From Acidobacteriota bacterium (lineage in GTDB: Bacteria; Acidobacteriota; UBA6911; RPQK01; JADFOI01), in NCBI GenBank assembly GCA_963663035.1, contig OY760074.1, forward strand, positions 3,136,001 through 3,200,000: 64,000 nucleotides of DNA, read 5' to 3'. This document shows, piece after piece, positions 18,855 through 28,681 of the stretch. The notes beneath the pieces were generated by a model, which had not been told where the DNA came from, made no database searches, and was given only the letters and a program-made list of their open reading frames with translations. Position numbers and translations under genes: made by a program. The first letter of the stretch is position 1; each line of letters opens with the position of its first letter.

Positions 18855-21833
18855 TTACTCTCGGGAGGTGGGAGTAACGGTCACCGTGACACGGCGATTT
18901 CCCCGCAGCACAACGAGATCCACCGCATTCCCCACCTTGAGAGCATCGATGGCATAAGTGTAGTCGTAGATGTTCTCGATTGTCCGACCGGCCAGCTCAA
19001 TGATGACGTCACCGCCCTGGACGCCCGCCTGCTCGGCGGGGCCTCCTTTGCTGACCCCGGAAAGCTTGACCCCGGCAATGTCACCTTGAGCGTAGTCAGG
19101 AATAGTCCCCAGGTAAGCGCGCAAACCGGCCCGTTCGGTTGAGCCTTCAGGCCTCTCCATCTCGATATAGTCAGGCCTACTCTCGCTGGTGAGCAAAGAA
19201 TCTGTTATCCGCGCCATCAGGCGCACGATTCTTTCCGCCCCCTCATAGTTGATCTTGTCCGCTGTGTCGCGAGGGGTGTGGTAGTCGCTGTGTGCACCCG
19301 TAAAAGCGCTCAGAAGCGGAACTCCCTTGAGATAAAAGCTGGTTGCATCGGTGGGCAGGTAGCTATCATTTTGGATCACGATCGGCAATCCTATGGGGAC
19401 ATTGTGCCGCTCGGTCTCTCCTGGCCAGACTGAACTCGAGCCCACTCCTTGCAGAACAAGACCCGTTCTCAAACGGCCAATCATATCCATATTCAGATAT
19501 GCCGCGATCTGCGACTCCAGGGTGGGAGACTTTATTTCCTCCGACAAAGTCTCGACAAAGTGGCTGGAACCCAGCAAGCCCAGTTCTTCCCCTGACCAGG
19601 CAGCCAGGAGCAAGTCCCGCCTCATGGGGAAGGCTCCCTCCGCCCTCCGGTTGACCAGGTATTGTGCGATCTCGAGCACTCCTCCCACACCCGAAGCATT
19701 GTCATCGGCACCATAGTGAATCTCGCCTCTCTCCTCTTCTCGAGCCAGCGACCCGGCCCCAAGACCGTGGCCCAGATGATCGAGGTGGGCACCCACTACA
19801 ATCTCTTCGGACCCTTGTCCAGAGCCCCTTAGACGTGCCAGCACGTTGCGAGCTGTCCGCTTCTCTCTCTGAATATCGATTTGCACCTCCACCTCCAGAG
19901 CGGGGATATCAAATCCCATGACCGACTGGCCACTGTCCAGCTGGTCCTGGAGAGCCTTCAGACCTTCCCCGATCGGTTCCAGCAGCTGGACGGCAAAAGC
20001 ATCTGTGACGGAGATGACGCCGATGCTGGCCCCGGCCTGCGAACTATCAAAGGAGAGGCCAACCAGTTGGCCTTTCACTTGTGAGTTGGGACCACTGACC
20101 ACGATAAGACCTCGTGCCCCAAGATCTCGAGCCACCATCGCTTTGAAACGCAGGCTCGAGTAACGGCTCAGATGCTGACGAAACTCTGGAGAAATATCTT
20201 CAGGCAGGTAGCGAAAGACCAGGACCCACTTGTCCGTCACATCCAAATGGACATAGGAATCATACTCGTCTTGCTCATCTGACCCGGGAGCAACAATGCC
20301 GTACCCGGCAAAGGCGATTCCCGCTGGATCGATCCTGCCACTTTTGGAAAAAGCCAGAGGCCGCCAGTCTCGATCGACCACAGGGTCATCCTGAAAGGCA
20401 GTTCCCGTGGTCTCTCTCAACTGATTGTCAGGACCCAGGAAAACTCCGGCTGTAAACTCAAAGTCTTGAAAATAGGTTCCATTATCACCCGCAGGCTCCA
20501 GCCCCAAAAACTGGAAGGCGGTGGCCACATACTCTGATGCTCGCCTTGCGCCCTGGCTTCCAGTGAGACGTCCTTCCATCCTTTCCGAGGCCAGATAGTT
20601 CACATGGAGACGTAAATCTCCGGCGCTGATCTCAGGGCTGGTAGCATCCAGGTTGGGCAAGGTCTCGAAGTCTGGTGACCCATCGCTCATCCCGCCTTCT
20701 TCCTCGGCAGTGACACTTAAACCCAGCAGCAGCCGAGCCTCAGTGTCATCCCACCGGGTAGCAAAGAGCTGTGACTGCTGATTCACGGTGAGATTGCTTG
20801 TCCACAGGAGCTGTCTTCCCTCCGGGTGGAAGACGGGGAGACCATCGAAGCCCTCCCTGAAGGTGACACGAACCGGCTCACTCTTCCCCTCAACATCCAC
20901 CAGGTAGAGCTCAAAGTTTTCAAATCCCTGGAGGTTGGATGCAAAAATCAGATAGTCACCCGAGGGATGAAAATAGGGCGCCCACGACATGGCACCCAAA
21001 TGGGTAATTTCTCTTTGCTGGGAGCCGTCCAAATTCATGGTATAGATTTCAGCAGTAGCGCCATCTTCGGAGAATCGCCTCCAAACGATCTGCTGACCAT
21101 TCGGACTGAAGAATGGTCCCCCATCATAGCCTTTGGCATGGGTCAGACGCCGGACCTGGGTGCCGTCGGCATTCATGATGTAGACATCAGCCAGATAAGA
21201 TTTGTCCCTCTCAAAGATGCTCTGATCCTGAGGGGACAGTTCTTCGGTGTAGGCATGGCGGTTTGACGAGAAAACGATGAGTCCTCCGTCAGGCGAGTAG
21301 GAGCCCTCGGCGTCGTAACCGCGAGCCTGGGTGAGATTCTTCAGATTTCTTCCCTCGAGATCGCTTTCAAAAATGTCAAAGAACTCATCATAGTCCCAGG
21401 AATAGCGGCCAGACTCGCCGGCAGCGCGCAGCCTTAATTCCTCTTCCTGCTTAAGGCGTGCATTGGGATCTTCATGGGTCGATGCAAAGAGAGCTTTTGA
21501 CCCTTGGGGATGGATCCAGGCACAGGTGGTCTTGCCAAAACCAGGGCTGACGCGGCGAGTATCGCCCGTTTCCATGTTCATCAGATAAATCTGAAAGAAG
21601 GGGTTTCCCGGCTCGCGCTCACTCTGGAAAATGAGCATGGACCCGTCTGGGTTGAAGTATCCCTCCCCGGCACGACGACCTTCAAAGCTCAATTGCCGAA
21701 TACTGGAGAGAAGTCGACTTTCAGCCTGTTCTCCTGCTCCGCTTTCGGCGGCCTGAAAAGCCAACGATGGTAAAAGCGTCCCCACCAGCAGCGCTGATAA
21801 CCAACGGGAGATGTTCATCCGCTCAACCATCAT
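18855..21833 (-). CDS. Exported M28 peptidase with TolB/PD40 repeats, PA and PDZ domains
   Basis: Repeated YFNPDG/YSPDG/FFSPNG blades; GAHLDHLG, GADDNASG, SGEELGLLGS, NMDMIGR and YHTP motifs; C-terminal YLGTIPDY PDZ. Confidence 0.9.
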   Translation of the reverse strand: MMVERMNISRWLSALLVGTLLPSLAFQAAESGAGEQAESRLLSSIRQLSFEGRRAGEGYFNPDGSMLIFQSEREPGNPFFQIYLMNMETGDTRRVSPGFGKTTCAWIHPQGSKALFASTHEDPNARLKQEEELRLRAAGESGRYSWDYDEFFDIFESDLEGRNLKNLTQARGYDAEGSYSPDGGLIVFSSNRHAYTEELSPQDQSIFERDKSYLADVYIMNADGTQVRRLTHAKGYDGGPFFSPNGQQIVWRRFSEDGATAEIYTMNLDGSQQREITHLGAMSWAPYFHPSGDYLIFASNLQGFENFELYLVDVEGKSEPVRVTFREGFDGLPVFHPEGRQLLWTSNLTVNQQSQLFATRWDDTEARLLLGLSVTAEEEGGMSDGSPDFETLPNLDATSPEISAGDLRLHVNYLASERMEGRLTGSQGARRASEYVATAFQFLGLEPAGDNGTYFQDFEFTAGVFLGPDNQLRETTGTAFQDDPVVDRDWRPLAFSKSGRIDPAGIAFAGYGIVAPGSDEQDEYDSYVHLDVTDKWVLVFRYLPEDISPEFRQHLSRYSSLRFKAMVARDLGARGLIVVSGPNSQVKGQLVGLSFDSSQAGASIGVISVTDAFAVQLLEPIGEGLKALQDQLDSGQSVMGFDIPALEVEVQIDIQREKRTARNVLARLRGSGQGSEEIVVGAHLDHLGHGLGAGSLAREEERGEIHYGADDNASGVGGVLEIAQYLVNRRAEGAFPMRRDLLLAAWSGEELGLLGSSHFVETLSEEIKSPTLESQIAAYLNMDMIGRLRTGLVLQGVGSSSVWPGETERHNVPIGLPIVIQNDSYLPTDATSFYLKGVPLLSAFTGAHSDYHTPRDTADKINYEGAERIVRLMARITDSLLTSESRPDYIEMERPEGSTERAGLRAYLGTIPDYAQGDIAGVKLSGVSKGGPAEQAGVQGGDVIIELAGRTIENIYDYTYAIDALKVGNAVDLVVLRGNRRVTVTVTPTSRE

Positions 21834-21942
21834 TCCTTATCTCGCTCCAGTTCAAGGGCAGCTAACCAGAAACTGTCTGCTTTGTTGTCCCGGCGACACT
21901 ATGATATCGTCCGCCAGCGAAGGGGACAGGAGGAGTAGCATT

Positions 21943-22650
21943 ATGACAAAGAAGACGGGAGCTGCAAAAGTGTCCGGCCGGCAATTGAACCACTACACTG
22001 TTTTCGCCTTCACGGATCTCTTTTGGCAGCAGACCTCCAAACAGCAGCAGGCCTTTCTCAAGCAGCTCGACTCCCAGATCTCCCAGCTGGCTGAACGGGT
22101 TTTCCTCTATCACATTTTCCCCACTCGCTCGGAAGGCGACTTGATGCTCTGGAGTGCTCTCAGCGCTGATGATCCCCAGCAGGCCGCCAGCTTTTTCACG
22201 CGCTTTGCTTCCACGACCTCCTCCTGGAGACAGTATCTCAAACCGCTCAACACCCTGTGGGGATTCACGCGGCCTTCCCATTACGCCACCGGAAAGTCCT
22301 CTCAAGAGATAGATCCGTTTCAGGCCGAGCGCAAACCCTATCTGGTCATCTACCCCTTCCTCAAGACCGCAGAATGGTACTTGATGGACAGAGAGACTCG
22401 ACAGGAAATGATGAATGAGCACATCAGAGTAGGCCGCCAATATCCCGAGATCTCCCAGCTTCTTCTCTATTCAACCGGCCTTCAGGATCAGGAATTCGTG
22501 GTGGTTTACGAAACCGAGGACCTGGCTCACTTCTCTGAGCTGGTCTCTGTGCTGCGCAGCACTGAAGGACGAAAATACACTTTACGAGACACACCGATCT
22601 ATACGGCAATCTACCGAGCACAAGACGAAATCCTCTCCACTTGGGGATGA
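21943..22650 (+). CDS. chdC: Coproheme decarboxylase (chlorite dismutase superfamily)
   Basis: YPF.KT.EWY....R..MM.EH..VG, DQEFVV and RDTPI motifs; AGGAG RBS before ATG 21943; adjacent to hemL. Confidence 0.8.
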   Translation: MTKKTGAAKVSGRQLNHYTVFAFTDLFWQQTSKQQQAFLKQLDSQISQLAERVFLYHIFPTRSEGDLMLWSALSADDPQQAASFFTRFASTTSSWRQYLKPLNTLWGFTRPSHYATGKSSQEIDPFQAERKPYLVIYPFLKTAEWYLMDRETRQEMMNEHIRVGRQYPEISQLLLYSTGLQDQEFVVVYETEDLAHFSELVSVLRSTEGRKYTLRDTPIYTAIYRAQDEILSTWG

Positions 22651-22670
22651 CTGGGCCCGCTGAGGTCATC

Positions 22671-23960
22671 ATGCGGTTGAACCAATCCAAAGATCTCATG
22701 AAGAGAGCAAAGAAGCTGATGCCTGCGGGCGTCAACAGTCCGGTCCGAGCCTTTCAAGCGGTGGGGGGAGATCCCGTCTTCATCGCCCAGGCAGAGGGTC
22801 CGATCCTGACTGACGTGGACGGAAACTCCTATGTGGACTACGTCTGCTCCTGGGGCCCCCTCATACTCGGGCATTGTCATCCCGACGTGCTCCGGGCTGT
22901 AGGAGAAGCCGCCCGCAAGGGCCTCACCTACGGGGCTCCACACCAAGGAGAGCTCAACCTGGCAGACATCATCACCAAAGCAATGCCCTGGATAGAGATG
23001 CTCCGATTCGTCAACTCGGGCACCGAAGCAGCCATGAGTGCCATTCGCCTGGCTCGAGCTGCCACCGGCCGTACGAAAATCGTCAAGTTCGAGGGCAACT
23101 ATCATGGCCACGTGGATTCTCTGCTGGCTAAGGCGGGCTCAGGCGTTGCCACTTTTGGGCTGCCCGACAGTTCGGGTGTTCCCGCGGAAATGACCCGGGA
23201 CAGTATGGTGGCACCGTTTAACCACCTCGAAGCCGTGGAGGAATTGTTCAAGGAAGAGGGCGAAAAGATAGCTACCGTCATCGTTGAACCGGTGGCCGGG
23301 AACATGGGAGTTGTTCCTCCCGCTGAGGGTTTCCTGGCGGGACTGCGTGAGCTGACTCGACACTATGGTGCTCTCCTGATCCTCGACGAGGTCATGACTG
23401 GTTTCCGGGTATCTCGCGGCGGTGCTGCCCAATTGTACGATGTCAAACCGGACCTGGTCTGTCTTGGAAAAATCATCGGGGGCGGGCTTCCGGTGGGAGC
23501 CTATGGGGGCCGTCGAGAGCTGATGGAAATGGTCGCACCGCTGGGACCTGTGTACCAGGCCGGAACTCTTTCAGGCAATCCAGTTGCCATGGCAGCCGGA
23601 TTGGCCACCCTGGGACAGTTGACGGCTGAGCTCTATTCTCTCCTGGAGATGAAAGGCAAGGCGCTGGAAGCAGGAGTCCTCGAGGCGGTGCGAAAGTGTG
23701 GGGTCGCAGGCCAGGTCAACCGGGTCGGCTCCATGCTGAGCCTCTTTCTCTGTGACCAGCCGGTGAGCGACTCGCAAACCGCTTTTTCAACCGATCGTGC
23801 ACTCTACGGACGCCTGTTTCACGCTCTGCTTTCTCGGGGAATCTACTTGCCACCTTCAGCGCTGGAATCATGGTTCATCAGCGCAGCTCACAGCGAATCC
23901 CATATCGAGAGCACACTTCAGGCCTTTACTCCGGCTCTGGAGGAAGCCCTGTCCAAGTGA
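22671..23960 (+). CDS. hemL: Glutamate-1-semialdehyde 2,1-aminomutase
   Basis: GVNSPVRAF, SWGPLILGH, NSGTEA, DEVMTGFR, GKIIGGGLP and YQAGTLSGNP motifs. Confidence 0.96.
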   Translation: MRLNQSKDLMKRAKKLMPAGVNSPVRAFQAVGGDPVFIAQAEGPILTDVDGNSYVDYVCSWGPLILGHCHPDVLRAVGEAARKGLTYGAPHQGELNLADIITKAMPWIEMLRFVNSGTEAAMSAIRLARAATGRTKIVKFEGNYHGHVDSLLAKAGSGVATFGLPDSSGVPAEMTRDSMVAPFNHLEAVEELFKEEGEKIATVIVEPVAGNMGVVPPAEGFLAGLRELTRHYGALLILDEVMTGFRVSRGGAAQLYDVKPDLVCLGKIIGGGLPVGAYGGRRELMEMVAPLGPVYQAGTLSGNPVAMAAGLATLGQLTAELYSLLEMKGKALEAGVLEAVRKCGVAGQVNRVGSMLSLFLCDQPVSDSQTAFSTDRALYGRLFHALLSRGIYLPPSALESWFISAAHSESHIESTLQAFTPALEEALSK

Positions 23961-23976
23961 AAGAAGAAGGAGACCT

Positions 23977-24456
23977 GTGTCGAAGCCTGTGACACCAGAG
24001 GAGTTTCGAGAGGTGATGGGTCGCTTTGCCACCGGCGTAACGATTGTCACGATCGAGGACGAGGACGGCAAACCCTATGGCCTGACCGTAACCTCTTTCA
24101 CTTCCGTCTCAATGAATCCGCCGCTGGTTCTGGTCTGTCTGGACTATCGGTTGAGTGGACTGGCAAACTTCAAGGAGAGTGACAGATTTGGAGTCAACAT
24201 TCTGGCCGAGGGTCAGGCCGATCTCTCGGATTACTTCGCCCAGGCAGGAACAGATCGTTCTCAAGTTCACTACGTGAAGGGTGAAACCGGGGTGCCCCTA
24301 TTGGAAGGGGTCCTAGCTAGAATGGAATGCCGGATCTTCAGCCTGTATCCCGGCGGGGATCACACCATCGTCCTGGGTGAAGTCAAAGGCACTGAAGTCC
24401 TCCAGCCTGACAAGGGCCCTTTGCTCTACCACGGTGGCCGCTATAGAAGGTTGTAG
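23977..24456 (+). CDS. Flavin reductase family protein
   Basis: FREVMGRFATGVTIVT, SFTSVS..PP and GGDHTI motifs; GTG start after AGGAG. Confidence 0.9.
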   Translation: MSKPVTPEEFREVMGRFATGVTIVTIEDEDGKPYGLTVTSFTSVSMNPPLVLVCLDYRLSGLANFKESDRFGVNILAEGQADLSDYFAQAGTDRSQVHYVKGETGVPLLEGVLARMECRIFSLYPGGDHTIVLGEVKGTEVLQPDKGPLLYHGGRYRRL

Positions 24457-24535
24457 GAAATATGGGGACAGACTACCCGTTCACCTCATTTCAAAATGAG
24501 GTGAACGGGTAGTCTGTCCCCATATTTCCTACAAC
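24450..24535. repeat. Perfect long palindrome (about 42-bp arms) between convergent genes; probable bidirectional terminator / REP-like element
   Basis: GTTGTAGGAAATATGGGGACAGACTACCCGTTCACCTCATTT-CA-followed by its exact reverse complement. Confidence 0.9.
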
Positions 24536-25485
24536 TACTCCTGCGGCCCCTGTTCTGCAAATCGATGCCCGGTTTCGTGAACAAAGACATCTTCCAGGGT
24601 CGGTTTCCCCACGCTGACTGCTTCAATTTGCTGTGGATAGCTTTCCATGATCTTTGCCGCCAGTTCATACCCTCGAGGGCGTTCCAGGCGTAAGGTCCCA
24701 TCGACCACCCTGGGATCACAGGCGAACTTCTCCCCGATCAAACCACGGAGAGACTCCGGATCCGGGCTCTGAATGACAATCACATCCCCACCGATCTTTT
24801 CTTTCAATGCCACTGGGGTCCCATCGGCCACCACCTGGCCTCCGCTCAGGATCACCAGGTGATCACAGCGCTCGGCTTCCTCCATTAAGTGAGTGGTAAA
24901 GAGAATAGTGATTCCACCTTCAGCGCGTAGAGTCTTCAAGTGTTGCCAAAAGTCGAGCCGAGCCCCCGGATCCAAGCCTGCGGTAGGTTCATCCAGCATC
25001 AAAATCTGCGGACTATGCAGGAGGCCTTTTGCCAGCTCCAAGCGACGGCGCAGACCACCGGAGAGCGTTCTGACCAGATCGCGGTTCCGGCTCTCCAAGC
25101 CGAAGCGACCGATCAATGTCTCCACACGCCTTTTCAGCTCTCCTCCCCGAAGTCCATAAAGACGCCCCTGGTGGATCAGATTTTCCTCGCTCGTCAGTTC
25201 CAGATCCAGGCTATTGGATTGAAAAACAACTCCGATCAAACGGCGGACCTCATGAGGATAGTCCTTCACATCCACACCCGCCACCTTCGCCTCTCCCTGG
25301 TCAGGAACCAGAAGCGTACAAAGGATACGGAACAGGGTAGTCTTCCCTCCACCATTGGGGCCCAAGAGCCCGAAGATTTGGTTTCTCTGGACCGAGAAGC
25401 TGACGTTTTTCAGTGCCTCCTGCTGCCCATAGCGGAAGCTCACATTGGATGTCTCCACAATAGACAGCAGCTCGGAGTCAGCCAT
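24535..25485 (-). CDS. ABC transporter ATP-binding protein (DrrA-like)
   Basis: GPNGGGKTT, LSGG, LDEPT and TTH motifs. Confidence 0.92.
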   Translation of the reverse strand: MADSELLSIVETSNVSFRYGQQEALKNVSFSVQRNQIFGLLGPNGGGKTTLFRILCTLLVPDQGEAKVAGVDVKDYPHEVRRLIGVVFQSNSLDLELTSEENLIHQGRLYGLRGGELKRRVETLIGRFGLESRNRDLVRTLSGGLRRRLELAKGLLHSPQILMLDEPTAGLDPGARLDFWQHLKTLRAEGGITILFTTHLMEEAERCDHLVILSGGQVVADGTPVALKEKIGGDVIVIQSPDPESLRGLIGEKFACDPRVVDGTLRLERPRGYELAAKIMESYPQQIEAVSVGKPTLEDVFVHETGHRFAEQGPQE

Positions 25486-26371
25486 TCTTGTCGATGACCA
25501 TGAGAATCAGAAGGAGGGGAAGGTATGCCACCGAGGCAAGCAAAACTCGGCGTGCCGAGATGGTTGTGCGAAGGAGAGCGGCTTCAAATCCGAGCCACAC
25601 AAATGCTGAGCCCAAGAAAACGGCACCCATAAGATAGACCATTCCCGTCAAACCAGACGAGGCCGGCCACACACTCAAGGCCAACAAAGCAATCGAGTAC
25701 GCCAAAATACGCCGACCAGTTCTTTTGCCGTCCGGATCAGTTGAAGATAACATAGCGAATCCAGCCCGCTTGTAATCGTCCCGATAAATCCAGGAGATGG
25801 CTAAGAAGTGGGGAAATTGCCAGGCAAAGAGTATCGCAAAGAGAAGGAAGGCATGGAAATCGAGAGAACCGGTTGCAGCCGCCCAACCGATCAAAGGTGG
25901 AATGGCGCCTGGAATTGCACCGATGGTCGTGCAAACAGGGGTCTTCTTTTTCAAAGGAGTATACACAAACAGGTAAAGAACCGAGGTAACACATCCCAGA
26001 AAGGCAGCCAGAAGATTGGTCAGAAACGCCAAATAGAGGCTCCCGGTGACGATCAGAATGCCGCCAGCAATGAAGGCATCAGCCTCGCCGACTCGCCCTG
26101 AGGGCAAAGGACGTTTACAGGTTCGCTTCATTCTGCCGTCCTCTTCCCGTTCAAGAAACTGATTGAGGACAGATGCACCCCCACCCAAGAGAGCCGTGCC
26201 AATTAAGGTGTGGAGCAAGAGTAAGAGATCCAACCTGGCCGAAGAGGCCAGATAGAAGCCCGCGGCCGAGGTCAAGGTCACCGCCAGAGTGACACGTGGT
26301 TTGGTCAGCTCAAAAAATGCGGCAAGCTTGAGCATAAGCGGGCTCCCTGATTCAGTTAATTCCATTCTCAT
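25478..26371 (-). CDS. ctaB: Heme O synthase (protoheme IX farnesyltransferase)
   Basis: LTKPR, N...E...D..M.RT..RPLPSG, YTPLK, GAIPGA.PPLIGW and WQFPHF motifs. Confidence 0.93.
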   Translation of the reverse strand: MRMELTESGSPLMLKLAAFFELTKPRVTLAVTLTSAAGFYLASSARLDLLLLLHTLIGTALLGGGASVLNQFLEREEDGRMKRTCKRPLPSGRVGEADAFIAGGILIVTGSLYLAFLTNLLAAFLGCVTSVLYLFVYTPLKKKTPVCTTIGAIPGAIPPLIGWAAATGSLDFHAFLLFAILFAWQFPHFLAISWIYRDDYKRAGFAMLSSTDPDGKRTGRRILAYSIALLALSVWPASSGLTGMVYLMGAVFLGSAFVWLGFEAALLRTTISARRVLLASVAYLPLLLILMVIDKNG

Positions 26372-26381
26372 GAGACCTGCC

Positions 26382-27362
26382 TTACAAGACTTGCCCAGCC
26401 AGGGCGGGCTCCAGACGTGACTCTCGGTCTCTTGATGCCGCTGTGCCCACAGCCTTGCCCGTCATCTTGAGAGTCACAACAAGACTGGTGGCAAGGAGAA
26501 GTACGCCAATTGTCAGGTGAGAGGTGGTGAGCCAGACTCTTGCCACGGTCGGCTGCACCTGGTTGGCCGGATCAATCCGAGTCAGATAGGCTCCCAATCC
26601 CAGTAACAGCTGGGCAAGAAGGAGGCTCAGTTCCAGGTACACCAGCCGAATGATACTGGCATCACGTATTCGCTTGATGAAGGCTCGCGACACAAAAATG
26701 ATCAAACCCGTCACAGCCAGGGCTCCCCCCAAATGCACAACCAGAGCCGAAGTCACCAGAACTGCTCCTTTTGTACCATTGACGGTACCTGAATGACGCA
26801 GAGCAGCGCCCAGTACATGCTGGAGGTAGAGAGCAAGAGTTGTGAGGACAGCTAAACGCAGTTCCCGCTCAGTCCCCTTTAAAGCCTCACGCCATCCTTC
26901 CCCGAGGAACCGGGAAAGATGAGTCCACTTGGGCGAGGTCACCACAGAGAGCGTGACGACCAGACAGAAAAACAAGGGGGCGATCGAAGCATGCAGGACT
27001 GAGATGGGAGTGGGAAGAAAGAAAAGAACCGTTATTCCTCCCAGAACTCCCTGAGCGATCACTGCCGCCAACGCAATCAGGCCCAGCCCACGTACCCATG
27101 GGAACGATCGGGCTTTCCACAACCAGATGTTTAGCACGATGGTTAAGAGGCCGACTGAAGTAGCCACCATCCGATGCCCGTGCTCGTAGAAGACACCACC
27201 GACCATTGGGGGCATCAGTTGACCCTGGGAAAGCGGCCAATCGGGCACGGAGAGACCGGCATCATTGCTGGTCACCAGTGCTCCCGCAATCACCAACAGG
27301 AAGGTCGCACAGGCAGTCGTCAGTGCGAAGTAGTGAAGACCCTTATGATATTGGCTGTCCAG
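26382..27362 (-). CDS. ctaA: Heme A synthase (COX15/CtaA family), probable CTG start
   Basis: GALVTS..AGL.VPDWP, EHGHR and QG.LGG.TV..H motifs. The frame extends 22 codons upstream of the ORF call to CTG 27362, which has an AGGAGG RBS. Confidence 0.85.
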   Translation of the reverse strand: MDSQYHKGLHYFALTTACATFLLVIAGALVTSNDAGLSVPDWPLSQGQLMPPMVGGVFYEHGHRMVATSVGLLTIVLNIWLWKARSFPWVRGLGLIALAAVIAQGVLGGITVLFFLPTPISVLHASIAPLFFCLVVTLSVVTSPKWTHLSRFLGEGWREALKGTERELRLAVLTTLALYLQHVLGAALRHSGTVNGTKGAVLVTSALVVHLGGALAVTGLIIFVSRAFIKRIRDASIIRLVYLELSLLLAQLLLGLGAYLTRIDPANQVQPTVARVWLTTSHLTIGVLLLATSLVVTLKMTGKAVGTAASRDRESRLEPALAGQVL

Positions 27363-27423
27363 TGTTGCTCCTCCTGCCGACTGTTTGAGTCCTGCTCTGA
27401 GGGAGCGCTTATTGTACCAGCTA

Positions 27424-27699
27424 AGTGCCGCGTTTCATAAAGACGGTAACCTTTGCTGATGGGGCTTGCGAGGGGAGGTCAAGGAGCGAGGAGGAGGCGA
27501 TGTCATTGGCATCGGTGACGACGAGCGACGCAGAGATCGCCCGCAACCCCCATCAGCCCGAAGGGTGGCGGCGGGACGGTATCGATTTCTTTGTCGCTCC
27601 TCCTCCACGATGCACACAGACATCGCGTCGTCGTCGCTTCGCGAACTCAACGCCGTCGCGCTCGCCACAAACGTTACCGTATTTATGAAGCTCGGCACT
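27424..27699. repeat. Dispersed structured repeat, family C copy 1 (MITE-like)
   Basis: Terminal inverted repeat AGTGCCG..TTCATAAA.ACGGTAAC / GTTACCGT.TTTATGAA..CGGCACT; homologous inverted shorter copy at 35641-35804. Confidence 0.8.
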
Positions 27700-27879
27700 G
27701 AACTAACTTTGTCTATGGGGGAAGCTAGGAAACTATGGGCTAGGCGCGAGAAGGGCGCTCCGGACTACTTCAGAGAGGCTGGACAGCATTCAAACGCCCT
27801 TCTCACTAGTACTTTCCAGGACTGATGGAGGGACATCCTGGAAAGTAGCTGGGTCAATATACCAAGTCCTTCCGACATT

Positions 27880-28659
27880 TTATTTTCCCTTCCATTTTGG
27901 CTGTCTCTTCTCCAGAAAGGCGGACACTCCCTCTTTGAAATCTTCGCTAGTCCGTATCAAGGTGTTCAGCTGAAGGGCGACTCTCAGTCCGTCTTTGAGA
28001 CTCAAGCCCTGCAAATCACTCATGAGCTCCTTGGTTAACTTCACAGAGGTGGGGCTATTGCGGGAGATCTCTTCAGCCAACTCACGGGCTCTCTGGAGCA
28101 GGGACTCCTTTGCCACAAGATCATTGACCAGACCAATCTCCTGAGCCTCTTCAGCCGAGAACGGGCGGCCCGTCAACAACAACTCTCTGGCCTTTTTCTC
28201 TCCACAAATCCGCACCAGAAAAACAGCCACCAGAGCAGGCACAAACCCGACCTTGGATTCCGGATACCCGAAAACTGCATCCTCCGCAGCCAAGACGATA
28301 TCGCAGACGCTTGCCAAGCCACAGCCCCCACCTATGGCCGGCCCATTCACTGCAGCGATCACCGGTTTGGGGAACTCATACACTCTGTGAAAAAAGTTCA
28401 TCAGCCCCTCCGAGTAGCGACGGGCCTGTTCGGCTGATTGGGCCGTCAGATCTCGGAGAACGCTGAGATCGGCCCCTCCACAAAAAGCTGTCCCTTCTCC
28501 AGTAACAATGACCGCAGCCACATCATCGCGCTGTTGCACTTGATCCAGAGCGGTGTGAAAACTGGCAACCAGGTCCGGCGAAAGTGCATTTCGCACTTGT
28601 GGGCGATTCAGCGTGATCAATACCGAAGGGGGCTCGAAATCAAGTCTAACCGTTTCCAT
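27880..28659 (-). CDS. Enoyl-CoA hydratase (methylglutaconyl-CoA hydratase-like)
   Basis: LNRPQVRNAL, FCGGADL, GPAIGGGCGL and PESKVG motifs; downstream of the carboxyltransferase. Confidence 0.88.
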   Translation of the reverse strand: METVRLDFEPPSVLITLNRPQVRNALSPDLVASFHTALDQVQQRDDVAAVIVTGEGTAFCGGADLSVLRDLTAQSAEQARRYSEGLMNFFHRVYEFPKPVIAAVNGPAIGGGCGLASVCDIVLAAEDAVFGYPESKVGFVPALVAVFLVRICGEKKARELLLTGRPFSAEEAQEIGLVNDLVAKESLLQRARELAEEISRNSPTSVKLTKELMSDLQGLSLKDGLRVALQLNTLIRTSEDFKEGVSAFLEKRQPKWKGK

Positions 28660-28681
28660 CTTTTCTCTCTGATCCAGAACT

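Noticed and set aside
27425-27825. Small ORFs across the ctaA upstream region
   Set aside because: They lie within the family C repeat and have no RBS or protein-like motif.
27810-27847. 12-bp stem TACTTTCCAGGA/TCCTGGAAAGTA
   Set aside because: Single copy downstream of the enoyl-CoA hydratase; adequately explained as a terminator.
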